Source: a virus
Taxonomy: Duplodnaviria; Caudoviricetes
DNA: 39,724 nucleotides
Virus record (IMG/VR): IMGVR_UViG_3300038318_000128
Span: 1 to 39,724 of that record
Direction: 5' to 3' (one strand)
Positions within the stretch are counted from its first letter, which is position 1; each line of letters starts with the position of its first letter. The translations under genes were made by a program, and so were the position numbers. The notes beneath the pieces were generated by a model. It ran no database searches. It was not told where the DNA came from and worked only from the letters and a program-made list of their open reading frames with translations. This document shows positions 17,149-26,102 of the stretch, piece after piece.

Positions 17149-17722
17149 AGGCACAAACGGTTCTGGTAAATCCACAATACCCTTGTCTATGATGGATGAC
17201 CCTAAACTTGGAGTTATCGGAATAAATAACAGCAAACGCCCTTACCTCACCCTATTCCCAACTTATGGGTGGGTTGCGCTAGGCACTTACTTCAACAAGA
17301 CTGGTGGCTTGGATACTTATAAGAATAATGAAGAAACCAGACAAGCTCTAGCTTGGGCTTGGAACTATACAGATTTAGACATAGTTATGGAAGGAATCAT
17401 CGCTTCAACAATTAAGTCTACCTATGCTGAACTTTTTAAGAGATACCCCACCATAATTATGTCTTTTTTACCGCCATTAGAGGTATGCTTAGATAGGGTA
17501 CAGCAAAGAAATGGAGGTAAACCTGTTAAGGAAGATCAAATAAGGAGCAAGTGGAATACTGTAGACAGAAATGTAGATTACTTTAAAGCGCAGGGGTTTG
17601 TGTCTTTGCGCATAAATACAGCCAAAGTTACGAAAGATCAAATGCTAGCTAGCTTCTTGAAAACTGTTGAAAAGTACAGGAGAGAAGTGAATAAGATTGG
17701 TATTGAGGAGGGGAGAGTATGA
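17123..17722 (+). CDS. 5-hydroxymethyl-pyrimidine DNA kinase-like P-loop kinase (5-HMUDK-like)
   Basis: NIRGTNGSGKST, LGTY....GGLDT, MEG, PLEVCLDRV..RNG; overlaps the AADT gene. Confidence 0.78.
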   Translation: MPRILVNIRGTNGSGKSTIPLSMMDDPKLGVIGINNSKRPYLTLFPTYGWVALGTYFNKTGGLDTYKNNEETRQALAWAWNYTDLDIVMEGIIASTIKSTYAELFKRYPTIIMSFLPPLEVCLDRVQQRNGGKPVKEDQIRSKWNTVDRNVDYFKAQGFVSLRINTAKVTKDQMLASFLKTVEKYRREVNKIGIEEGRV

Positions 17723-17973
17723 GTTACACAAAGATACGTCCAGGCGATTTTGTTAAGCATATCCCATCAGGCGAGACTTGGGTTGTCTGTGGAGTTAATT
17801 ATGAGAGGGGCGGGCTTGTTCCTTGTGGCTACCCCTTCCCCTCATTGGCGAGGATAAGCGACTGCATTCTTGAGGAATCGAATGGGCTTGAGCAGACAAA
17901 AGAAATGAAGAACGCCCTGAGAGAGCATGGAATGGAAAGCTTTATTGAGCAGGGATTGGAGGGGAGAGTATGA
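17719..17973 (+). CDS. Hypothetical protein
   Basis: Strong RBS, ATGA overlaps, flanked by 17-bp direct repeats. Confidence 0.7.
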   Translation: MSYTKIRPGDFVKHIPSGETWVVCGVNYERGGLVPCGYPFPSLARISDCILEESNGLEQTKEMKNALREHGMESFIEQGLEGRV

Positions 17974-18194
17974 GAGTACAACCGATAACCCAAGTCTATT
18001 TCAACCAGCATAAGCCTGTGGGACAGCCAACCCGGAAAGAGATCAACGTCCGAGCCAAGGCGGTTGAAGAAAAGCCGGATGCCATAGACCGATTTGAAGA
18101 CACAGAACCGATGTGCCAAAGGATTACCAGAGCTGTGATTATAGGAGCCTTAATATTTCTAGCAACACACATACTTATATGGATATTAAGGTAG
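17970..18194 (+). CDS. Hypothetical protein with a C-terminal transmembrane helix
   Basis: AVIIGALIFLATHILIWIL. Confidence 0.65.
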   Translation: MRVQPITQVYFNQHKPVGQPTRKEINVRAKAVEEKPDAIDRFEDTEPMCQRITRAVIIGALIFLATHILIWILR

Positions 18195-18199
18195 TTGCT

Positions 18200-18592
18200 A
18201 TGAAAGTGATTATATCCACAGCTATAATCCTAGTGGTATTAACAGTAAACGTACCAAGTATAGCAATAGAGCCATCTGTATCAGTCTCCGTTCAAGAGCC
18301 ATCCCGGAGTGAGCGAATACTCATATGTGAAGCTACAGCATACTGCTATGGTACTGTGACAAAAACCGGAACAAGCCCGGTCGAAGGTCGCACGATAGCA
18401 GTTGACCCGGAAGTCATACCCCTGGGTAGCCGGGTGCATGTGTCCTGTGAGATCAGGCCAGAGATAGATGGCTGGTACATAGCCGAAGATACCGGGGGGG
18501 TAATCAAGGGGAACATAATCGATATTTACATGAAAGATTATAACGATTGTATCCAATGGGGCAGAAGACAGGTAAAAGTGAAGTTAGATTAG
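18200..18592 (+). CDS. Secreted or membrane-anchored 3D-domain protein (cell-wall lytic transglycosylase-like)
   Basis: N-terminal hydrophobic signal; EATAY, TIAVDPEVIPLGS, AEDTGG.IKGN.IDIY. Confidence 0.9.
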   Translation: MKVIISTAIILVVLTVNVPSIAIEPSVSVSVQEPSRSERILICEATAYCYGTVTKTGTSPVEGRTIAVDPEVIPLGSRVHVSCEIRPEIDGWYIAEDTGGVIKGNIIDIYMKDYNDCIQWGRRQVKVKLD

Positions 18593-18617
18593 TTAGCAAA
18601 CGCAAGGGAGGATAACT

Positions 18618-18785
18618 ATGAAGCAAAAATTGTTGTATCTGGGAAGATGGCAATTAAGTAGCTTAATTTTGGCACCTGTTATCATGCTAGTAGATGCAAG
18701 CCCGGTTGTACAGGCTATAATAGCCAACTTTATTGGAGGGGTAGTCTTTTTCAATATTGACAAGCTGATTTTCAAAAATTTTTAG
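18618..18785 (+). CDS. Small two-helix membrane protein (half-GtrA-like; not in the ORF track)
   Basis: GGGAGG RBS; MKQKLLYLGRWQLSSLILAP...IANFIGGVVFFNIDKLIFK. Confidence 0.65.
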   Translation: MKQKLLYLGRWQLSSLILAPVIMLVDASPVVQAIIANFIGGVVFFNIDKLIFKNF

Positions 18786-18796
18786 GGAGGAGTAAG

Positions 18797-18970
18797 ATGT
18801 TAGTATACAAGGTTCGTCATGAAAAAACTGGGCTAGAAAAGAATACTGTAATGGGACGAGACCTCATTGAAGTGTTAAAAACAATCCATCAAGTAGACTG
18901 GACTACTTGGCAATTGGTGACTATACGTATGGTGGGGGAAGGCGGGGAGCATAACCATGAAACTAGTTGA
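18797..18970 (+). CDS. Small hypothetical protein (57 aa, not in the ORF track)
   Basis: GGAGG RBS; fills the gap in the operon. Confidence 0.55.
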   Translation: MLVYKVRHEKTGLEKNTVMGRDLIEVLKTIHQVDWTTWQLVTIRMVGEGGEHNHETS

Positions 18971-18997
18971 GTTGCTACTGGTAAAGGAGGGATAGCA

Positions 18998-19633
18998 TTG
19001 AAACTTGATAAAGTAACCAACAGTGGTGCTCACGTCCCCATAAATTTTGACTTGAAAAGGGTATCTCCAGAGAAAGTATTAAAGCATCAAATAGCCAAAG
19101 ATAAGAATGAACGCAATAGTTGGTGTTTACACGATAAGCCCTGCCCTAAGTACAATACTAGACCTTGTTGCCCTCCAAAAGTTAAGCTATTTGAAGAGTA
19201 CAAGCCTAGAAAATACGTGTACCTTATGGAGATTATTGTTAACTTAAAAGACTATTATAACTCTTACCCTAAAGTGAAAGATAATAAGGGTTGGGTCTAT
19301 CTGGGTATGAGTGGTACTCACAAGATGACTCGTGGAATATCTAATATAGCAATTAAGCGCATAGCGCAGGAGTTTGGAGGTCAAGCTTTTAGGGTAGGAG
19401 AATGCCTAGGGTGCCAATACCATAAAACAGGAAAGTGCAATTACTTTATGCCCCCATTAGAGTCTGCTGGGGTTGACCTTTGCGCTTTATCTCTGGATAT
19501 ATTCGATAGGGAAGTACTATGGGCTAAACCTAGTAACCCAATGGAATATATGCTAGCTTTAGGAGGTTTGTATACAGATGCCGAGATACCCAAAAAATTG
19601 TTTAAGGAGGTTATAACAGATGTATGTAGATGA
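18998..19633 (+). CDS. DUF2284-like Cys-rich predicted metal/Fe-S-binding protein
   Basis: C.....CPKYN....CPP, GECLGC.......C, PPLESAGVD. Confidence 0.7.
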   Translation: MKLDKVTNSGAHVPINFDLKRVSPEKVLKHQIAKDKNERNSWCLHDKPCPKYNTRPCCPPKVKLFEEYKPRKYVYLMEIIVNLKDYYNSYPKVKDNKGWVYLGMSGTHKMTRGISNIAIKRIAQEFGGQAFRVGECLGCQYHKTGKCNYFMPPLESAGVDLCALSLDIFDREVLWAKPSNPMEYMLALGGLYTDAEIPKKLFKEVITDVCR

Positions 19634-20081
19634 TTTATTCAAAATAGCACAAAATTATGCCGATATCAACTCAGGTTGTCTAAAAGTACACGTAGGTTGT
19701 CTAATAACTAAAGACAGCAATATAATTGCTTTAGGTGCTAATAGATGCTTGCCAAATTTCTGTATTACTGCGAGAGGTTGCCTTAGAGTGGAACTTTATG
19801 GGGAGAACTCTAAAGAGCACCGTAACCCAGAAGATTGTCGAGCTATCCACGCAGAGATAGATGCTATAGCTCATAGCCGAGAGCCATTAGTAGGGTCAAC
19901 TATATACGTGACTAGATATCCCTGCGAAGCGTGTGCTAAAGCCATAGTGTCTGCTGGTATAGTTAAAGTTGTCTATGGTAGACAACAACCTATAAGCAGA
20001 TATACCAGGAAGATTTTTGAGCACTATAACATAGATGTCTATCACTACAAAGCTTTTGATAGTCCAGACATGCTGTATTAA
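19620..20081 (+). CDS. dCMP deaminase family protein
   Basis: HAE and PCEAC zinc motifs; SGCLKVHVGC. Confidence 0.92.
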   Translation: MYVDDLFKIAQNYADINSGCLKVHVGCLITKDSNIIALGANRCLPNFCITARGCLRVELYGENSKEHRNPEDCRAIHAEIDAIAHSREPLVGSTIYVTRYPCEACAKAIVSAGIVKVVYGRQQPISRYTRKIFEHYNIDVYHYKAFDSPDMLY

Positions 20082-20089
20082 AGAAGGGA

Positions 20090-20428
20090 GTGAACCTAGC
20101 ATTGGAAGAATTACTCAAAAAAGCTCAGGACACATATGGATATGCTAATCAAATTACTGTAGCTATTGAAGAGTTATGTGAGCTAGCCAGCGTGCTAGCT
20201 AAATATCCAAGGTATGACAGTCACGCAAAAGCTTCTGAAAAGCTGAGGGAAAATGTAGTTGACGAACTAGCCGATGTTACTGTAGTTTGTAAGCATGTAG
20301 AAATGATATTCAATATAAGCCAAGAAGAACTGAATAACCGAATAGCTTTAAAGCTCCTAAGACTTAAAAGATGGCTAGATACAGACAAATCTATGGAAGT
20401 GACTACAGTGGACCGTGAGGTGGTTTGA
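20090..20428 (+). CDS. MazG-like nucleotide pyrophosphohydrolase
   Basis: EELCEL...DELADV. Confidence 0.82.
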   Translation: MNLALEELLKKAQDTYGYANQITVAIEELCELASVLAKYPRYDSHAKASEKLRENVVDELADVTVVCKHVEMIFNISQEELNNRIALKLLRLKRWLDTDKSMEVTTVDREVV

Positions 20429-22359
20429 TGAATCTCCAGGAATTCAACGCTTTGCTGGGTCAAGATAGTTACGTTAGATGTCGAGATAAGAAAAGAATAG
20501 ATACTGCTATAGTAGATGTAGCTTCAGCTGAGAACCATCTATTCTCTGGGGGAGCCATAGGCTGGTGGGTAAAAACAGGATACATAATTGTAGACATCGA
20601 TGAAGGTAAAGAGAAAGCTCTAGAAGTAATCAAAAAACTAGGCTTAAAAACTCTTATGGCTGAAACCCCAAAAGGAATACATCTATATTTTAAGTGCGAT
20701 AAAGAATATCCTCAACGCATTAGTATGGTTCTACCTTGCGGTTTAAAGTGCGATTTTAGGTGTGCCAATAAAGGGTATGTGATACTACCTTTCGGCATGC
20801 CTGATCGAAAATTTAATGGGATTAAGGACATAATAGATATGCCCCTAGAGTTTACCCCTATGCTTAACCGTAAGGAATCATTGTTGGGGAAAAAGGAAGG
20901 TGATGGCCGCAACTCAACTTTATTCGCTCATCTTATGGCGTATAAGCATAAGGGAGCTACTGATGATCAGATAGCTGAAATGGCTGAAGTTATCAACTCT
21001 ATTGTATTTGACGAACCTATGGAAGCAGAAGAGCTTCAGCAAATTGTGGATAATACTAAAAAGTACCCTGCTCAAATCCTAGGGGATAACCCTTACCTTA
21101 TATACAATAAGAATGGTACTCCTAGCCAAGTAAACTCCCGTGCTATATGTGACTATTTTGTTAATAGAGGAGATATGTTTGTGCTAGGAGGGGAGTGCTA
21201 CCAATATCGGGATGGGGTATACAGAGAGGCTTCATCTGCTGTAAGAAACGCCATTAAGGAAATGATAGCTTATGACCCACTTATAACCAATTCGCGCATA
21301 CTAGATTGTTATCGCTTGCTAGTGGACGATACCAGAATACAACGTAAAGCCTCTGAGCTGAACTCTGACAAAAATCTCATAAATTTCAAGAATGGGGTTT
21401 GGAATATTCAAAGAGGTAAGCTTATAGAACACGATAGCAAATATCTACATACTGTTCAGATACCGCACAACGTAGAAAAACCCAAAAAATCTTGGAATAA
21501 AACCCGGCTGTATGATTTTTTAATTAACCAAGTGTCCCTGAATAAACCAGAGTTGAATATGCTTTTAGATTATATGGCCTATTCGCTAACCCTAGACTAT
21601 GGGCTAAAGACTTTTTTGATTCTATACGGACAATCTAACACTGGGAAGTCTGTACTCATTAGGTTTTTTGAAAATATGGTAGGTCAGGAGAATACAGCAT
21701 CTTTGTCTATGCATGAACTTAACAAGAGATTTTATCCTTCGCAACTATACAATAGATTACTTAACTCGTGCGCTGATAACTCCTCACTCCCACTTTCCTC
21801 TATTGAAAATCTCAAGAAGATAACAGGAGGAGATCAGATAATGCACGAGAAGAAAGGTAAGGAACCATTCTTTTTTGTACCCTTCACCAAGCTAGTATTC
21901 TCCTTTAACCAAATGCCCCTTCAGCTGGAGGAGAAGTCTAATGCTTTTTACAAGCGCATGAGAATACTGCCTATGTCAAAAGAACTGTACTTAAATAATG
22001 AGTACGTTAATGAACTATGTTCTGATCAAAGTATTCAAGAGATTATCCCTTATCTTTTGGAAAGGTTGCCTCTTTTGGAAATACCTAGTCCTGCGTCAAG
22101 TCAAAAGTTGGTGGAGGGGTTACGACAAGACAGTGATAGTATACACGCCTTTATAACTCAAGCGTGTATTACTGGTAAAAAATGCTGGGTTAGCAAAAAA
22201 GAATTGTATGAAGCTTATGCAAAATTTTGTATAGATACAGGTAGACAAGCGCATAAGCCTCATGGCTTTTTACGTCATATTCGCTCCCAAGGATTCCAAG
22301 AAGCTAGGAAAGCTAAAACGAGAGAAGCTTGCTGGAGGGGGATAGCTATAAGAAAATGA
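20425..22359 (+). CDS. Bifunctional primase-polymerase fused to a D5-like SF3 helicase
   Basis: IVDID, TPKGIHLYF, GRNSTLF (PriCT), INFKNG, YGQSNTGKS, LKKITGGD. Confidence 0.92.
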   Translation: MMNLQEFNALLGQDSYVRCRDKKRIDTAIVDVASAENHLFSGGAIGWWVKTGYIIVDIDEGKEKALEVIKKLGLKTLMAETPKGIHLYFKCDKEYPQRISMVLPCGLKCDFRCANKGYVILPFGMPDRKFNGIKDIIDMPLEFTPMLNRKESLLGKKEGDGRNSTLFAHLMAYKHKGATDDQIAEMAEVINSIVFDEPMEAEELQQIVDNTKKYPAQILGDNPYLIYNKNGTPSQVNSRAICDYFVNRGDMFVLGGECYQYRDGVYREASSAVRNAIKEMIAYDPLITNSRILDCYRLLVDDTRIQRKASELNSDKNLINFKNGVWNIQRGKLIEHDSKYLHTVQIPHNVEKPKKSWNKTRLYDFLINQVSLNKPELNMLLDYMAYSLTLDYGLKTFLILYGQSNTGKSVLIRFFENMVGQENTASLSMHELNKRFYPSQLYNRLLNSCADNSSLPLSSIENLKKITGGDQIMHEKKGKEPFFFVPFTKLVFSFNQMPLQLEEKSNAFYKRMRILPMSKELYLNNEYVNELCSDQSIQEIIPYLLERLPLLEIPSPASSQKLVEGLRQDSDSIHAFITQACITGKKCWVSKKELYEAYAKFCIDTGRQAHKPHGFLRHIRSQGFQEARKAKTREACWRGIAIRK

Positions 22360-22922
22360 TAGTTCACTGTAAACGAGACAAATATGATGTCTACATTGGT
22401 AGACCCAGCAAATGGGGGAACCCCTATATAATAGGAAAAGATGGCACCCGGCAGGAAGTAATTGAAAAATACAGAGATTACATCTTAACTAGGCCAAACT
22501 TGTTAGCAAGTTTACCTGAGTTAGAAGGCAAAATACTGGGATGCTGGTGTAGTCCTAAACCTTGTCACGGGGAAGTATTGTTGGAATTATTAAAAAGGGG
22601 GAAAGCTGTGAATGATTTAGAAATGTTTTTAAAGTGTTGCGAAAAAGCCCTAAAAGACAAGCTAGCAGATAATCCAAAATCCGGTGTAAAGTCTGGTAAT
22701 AGCAAGATGAGATACTCAAAAGCTTTGGATTTATTGGTAGTACTACGAAAGCAGTATGCCTTAAGGGGAGCTTTTAGCTTGGGAATTTGTATGGATTGTA
22801 GTAAGTTCAGCGATATCAGGATGACAGCAAAAGATGGCCTAGGTCATTGCGGTTCCAAAGTAGTAAGTGCTTTTGATTCTTGTGAGCATCATAGTAAAGA
22901 AGGTGATGATTGTGGGGTATAA
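22356..22922 (+). CDS. DUF4326 domain protein fused to a Cys-rich C-terminal domain
   Basis: DVYIGRPSKWGNPY...LGCWCSPKPCHG; ATGA overlap with the helicase stop. Confidence 0.8.
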   Translation: MIVHCKRDKYDVYIGRPSKWGNPYIIGKDGTRQEVIEKYRDYILTRPNLLASLPELEGKILGCWCSPKPCHGEVLLELLKRGKAVNDLEMFLKCCEKALKDKLADNPKSGVKSGNSKMRYSKALDLLVVLRKQYALRGAFSLGICMDCSKFSDIRMTAKDGLGHCGSKVVSAFDSCEHHSKEGDDCGV

Positions 22923-24630
22923 GTATGCTATACTAGACATAGAGACCACAGGATTGAACCGATATAAAGATAAAGTAAACTATATAGGTATTGGCTTGGC
23001 TGAAAACTTGGGTTCTTCACTGAGAACGCTTATTTATAATATGCGTGAAGATAAAGACTTGATAAAATTCAAGAATATGTGTAAAAAATTGAGAAAGGAT
23101 AAAACCACTCTTATCTGGCAAAACGGCAAATTTGATACTCTTTTTATTCATCTACACTACGGCATACTTTTGCCTATTCACCATGACCTTATGGTTATGG
23201 GTACAACTTATGACCTAGACGCCCCACACGGCTTAAAAGAAATGTGTAAATCTTGGCTAGGCGCAGATGATTGGGATATACCCCTAAGGGAGAAGGTAAA
23301 ACCCAATAGTCCTTTGGTTGAGGAATATCTTAAAAAGGACTTGGTAAATCCATGGGAGTTGTTTAAATTCTTCAATGAAAAACTTACCGAACAACAATGG
23401 AAAATATATAACTATCTTCTAAAACCAGCCTATTTGATGTATCGTAGGGCTGAGTACAAAGGGATATACTTAGATAGGGGTAAGCTTCGCAAAGTGCGAA
23501 GAAAGTACAAATATGAGCAAGAAAAGAAGTTAAAAGCACTTAATCAACTACACCAAATTAACTGGAATAGCCCCAAACAGGTATCTGATGTGCTTTTCAA
23601 CAAAGAGAAGATGCCTGTAATTAAGCTATCTCAAAAAACTGGGGAGCCGTCCAGTGATGCTAAAGTATTGAAGCGTCTAAAAGCAAAAGGTCATGACTTA
23701 GCTGATAAGTTGCTAGATTACAAATTTTACTATGGGGCTAACAGCAAATTTCTAAATCGTTGGGAGGATGACGCATTTTATGATGGTAGAATACACCCTA
23801 GCTTCAGCCTAACTAATGTAAGAACTGGTAGAACTTCTTGCTCTAACCCTAACCTTCAGCAAGTTCCCAGAAATAAAGAGCTGAGAACTCTGTATACAGC
23901 TGATTCGGGGAGAAAACTAATAGAAGCTGACTATTCCCAAATAGAATTGAGAATAGCGGCTGATTATGCTGACGAGCACAATATGATTCAAATATACTTG
24001 GAAGGAGGGGACATTCACACAGAAACAGCTATGTCTTTAACAGGGTTAACATCCGAACAAGTTAAAGGAGAACTAAGAACCAAAGCAAAAGCAGTTAATT
24101 TTGGGTTTTTGTATGGTATGTCAAGTAAAGGGTTTATTAGTTACGCTTTCGACAATTACGACACAGTATTCACCCGGCCAGAAGCTGAGAGATATCGCCA
24201 GTTGTTTTTTACCAAGTACCCTGGGCTAGTTCAGTGGCACCAAAAAATGATAACTATTTGTGAAATCCAAGGAGGTGTAGCCAATAGATTTGGTAGGTTC
24301 AGAGCACTACCTGATATATACTCTTCAGACAACTATATCAAGAGTAGTGCTAAAAGGAAAGCTATAAACAGCCCAGTACAGGGCACAGCCTCAGACATAT
24401 TGCTTTTAGCGGCAATAGAGATAGACCATAAATTGAGAAAAGACCTAGATTTGTGGATAGTAGGCACTGTTCACGATAGTATACTTATGGATTGCCCTGA
24501 AGATTGTGTCGAAGAAGCTGTAGAAGAGATAAAGAAAATTATGTCTCATCCAAAAGGGCTGGACGTTTTTGATGTATCTTTTAAGATACCGATTGAAGCT
24601 GATGTAACTATTGGGCCTTGGGGAAGTTAA
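22912..24630 (+). CDS. polA: DNA polymerase family A with 3'-5' exonuclease
   Basis: DIETTG, TGRTS...PNLQQ, DYSQIELR, KAVNFG.LYG, VHD; start position approximate. Confidence 0.96.
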   Translation: MGYKYAILDIETTGLNRYKDKVNYIGIGLAENLGSSLRTLIYNMREDKDLIKFKNMCKKLRKDKTTLIWQNGKFDTLFIHLHYGILLPIHHDLMVMGTTYDLDAPHGLKEMCKSWLGADDWDIPLREKVKPNSPLVEEYLKKDLVNPWELFKFFNEKLTEQQWKIYNYLLKPAYLMYRRAEYKGIYLDRGKLRKVRRKYKYEQEKKLKALNQLHQINWNSPKQVSDVLFNKEKMPVIKLSQKTGEPSSDAKVLKRLKAKGHDLADKLLDYKFYYGANSKFLNRWEDDAFYDGRIHPSFSLTNVRTGRTSCSNPNLQQVPRNKELRTLYTADSGRKLIEADYSQIELRIAADYADEHNMIQIYLEGGDIHTETAMSLTGLTSEQVKGELRTKAKAVNFGFLYGMSSKGFISYAFDNYDTVFTRPEAERYRQLFFTKYPGLVQWHQKMITICEIQGGVANRFGRFRALPDIYSSDNYIKSSAKRKAINSPVQGTASDILLLAAIEIDHKLRKDLDLWIVGTVHDSILMDCPEDCVEEAVEEIKKIMSHPKGLDVFDVSFKIPIEADVTIGPWGS

Positions 24631-24646
24631 GTAAGGAGGGAAAAGG

Positions 24647-25177
24647 ATGAAGGTATTTGTAATTAATGGGTATCCTAAAAGCGGAAAAGACCAGTTTGTT
24701 CAGTACTGTAAAGAATCCTGCGGCAATAATTATATGATTATTAACCTAGTAACCAGCACCCCAGCCAAAGAAGCTTTAAAATGTCTGGGATGGGATGGAA
24801 AGGAGAAAACACCTGAAATACGGTTGTACTTGTATGAATTTATGAGGGTAGCTGAAGAATTCGATGGGATATTTGACTGGGTTAAAAGAAGTATAGATTT
24901 GTATGTAAGTTGGTTTGAAAATAATCCCCGGTTACGCGATTCAAAAGAGGTTATAGTATTTATCCACTCTAGGGAACCGTATAACATAATCAAATACCAA
25001 GCAGAATTTGACGCTAAGACGATTTTATTAATCAACCCAAAGGTAGAGTCAGCTGGTAATAACCCGTCAGATAAGGGTGTAGAAAATTTTGATTATGACT
25101 ATTATATTTATAATGATGGAGATTTAGAGGATTTGAGAGAAACAGCGCGTGAATTTATGGAAGGAGAGGTGTTATAG
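24647..25177 (+). CDS. Deoxynucleoside monophosphate kinase-like P-loop protein
   Basis: INGYPKSGKD, HSREP, YDYYIYNDG. Confidence 0.72.
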   Translation: MKVFVINGYPKSGKDQFVQYCKESCGNNYMIINLVTSTPAKEALKCLGWDGKEKTPEIRLYLYEFMRVAEEFDGIFDWVKRSIDLYVSWFENNPRLRDSKEVIVFIHSREPYNIIKYQAEFDAKTILLINPKVESAGNNPSDKGVENFDYDYYIYNDGDLEDLRETAREFMEGEVL

Positions 25178-25849
25178 GTGAATTGTATAACAGTAGATAC
25201 AGCTACAATGGCTTGGGATTATTGGTTTGATACTTTAAGACTACAGAATATACAGCAACCCTCCAGAGACGGCAATGTGGCAGGAGAAATAATCAACGCA
25301 GTTACAGTTATAACTGACCCACGACAGGGGTTTGTAAAGTCTAAAGAGCGTGACTTGTCTATAAAATATGCCATAGGAGAGCTGTTGTGGTACCTTTCAG
25401 GTAGCAATAAATTAGAGGATATCTCTCCTTATTCTTCAGCTTGGAAAAACTTGTCTGATGATGGGAATACGGTAAACTCTGCCTATGGCTATAGGATATT
25501 CAACAAATTTGGCTTTAATCAATGGGAGCACGTAGCAAAATTGCTACAGAAAGACCCTTTGAGTAGACAAGCAATAATACACATAAAAGAACCTAGTAAT
25601 GCCCCCACGAAGGATTTGCCCTGTACTATCTGTATACAGTACCTTATCAGAGATAATAAGCTCCACAGTACTGTATATATGCGCAGTAACGATATCTGGC
25701 TTGGCTTTCCTTACGATGTTTTCAATTTTACCTCTTTACAAGTACTGATGGCGATGGAGCTAGGGGTGCCTGTTGGGGAATATACCCATATTGCTGGCTC
25801 TTTACATCTTTACGAAAGGAATGTTAAAAATGTTCAAAGTGCCGATTAA
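25178..25849 (+). CDS. Thymidylate-synthase-family pyrimidine (hydroxy)methylase with a dCMP-type specificity residue
   Basis: ELLWYLSG, AYG.R, DLPCT (catalytic Cys), MRSNDIWLGFPYD, GSLHLY. Confidence 0.85.
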   Translation: MNCITVDTATMAWDYWFDTLRLQNIQQPSRDGNVAGEIINAVTVITDPRQGFVKSKERDLSIKYAIGELLWYLSGSNKLEDISPYSSAWKNLSDDGNTVNSAYGYRIFNKFGFNQWEHVAKLLQKDPLSRQAIIHIKEPSNAPTKDLPCTICIQYLIRDNKLHSTVYMRSNDIWLGFPYDVFNFTSLQVLMAMELGVPVGEYTHIAGSLHLYERNVKNVQSAD

Positions 25850-26102
25850 GTTAAAAGATGGAAGTTGGGTACACTTTTGCTACCTAGATAATAAGTACAA
25901 AGATTCTGCCTTAGATGTGAAAACTTGGGCTAAACAAGATTTTAACTTATGCTTAGAAAGCTCAGAAGATTTGGTAAAATTGAAAGAGCACATAAAGGAA
26001 AGATATCGTCAGAAATATCCTCATATATTCAGGTATACGCGAATCGATGCTCAAGGATGGACGCGTATTTGGGTCACAGAACACTTGGAAGGAGAGATAT
26101 AG
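25830..26102 (+). CDS. Hypothetical protein
   Basis: Overlaps both neighbours; start at 25830 or 25821. Confidence 0.6.
   Translation: MFKVPIKLKDGSWVHFCYLDNKYKDSALDVKTWAKQDFNLCLESSEDLVKLKEHIKERYRQKYPHIFRYTRIDAQGWTRIWVTEHLEGEI

Noticed and set aside
25178-25849. Ordinary thymidylate synthase ThyA
   Set aside because: It is short, reads RSND...PYD rather than RSxD...PFN, and sits among modification genes
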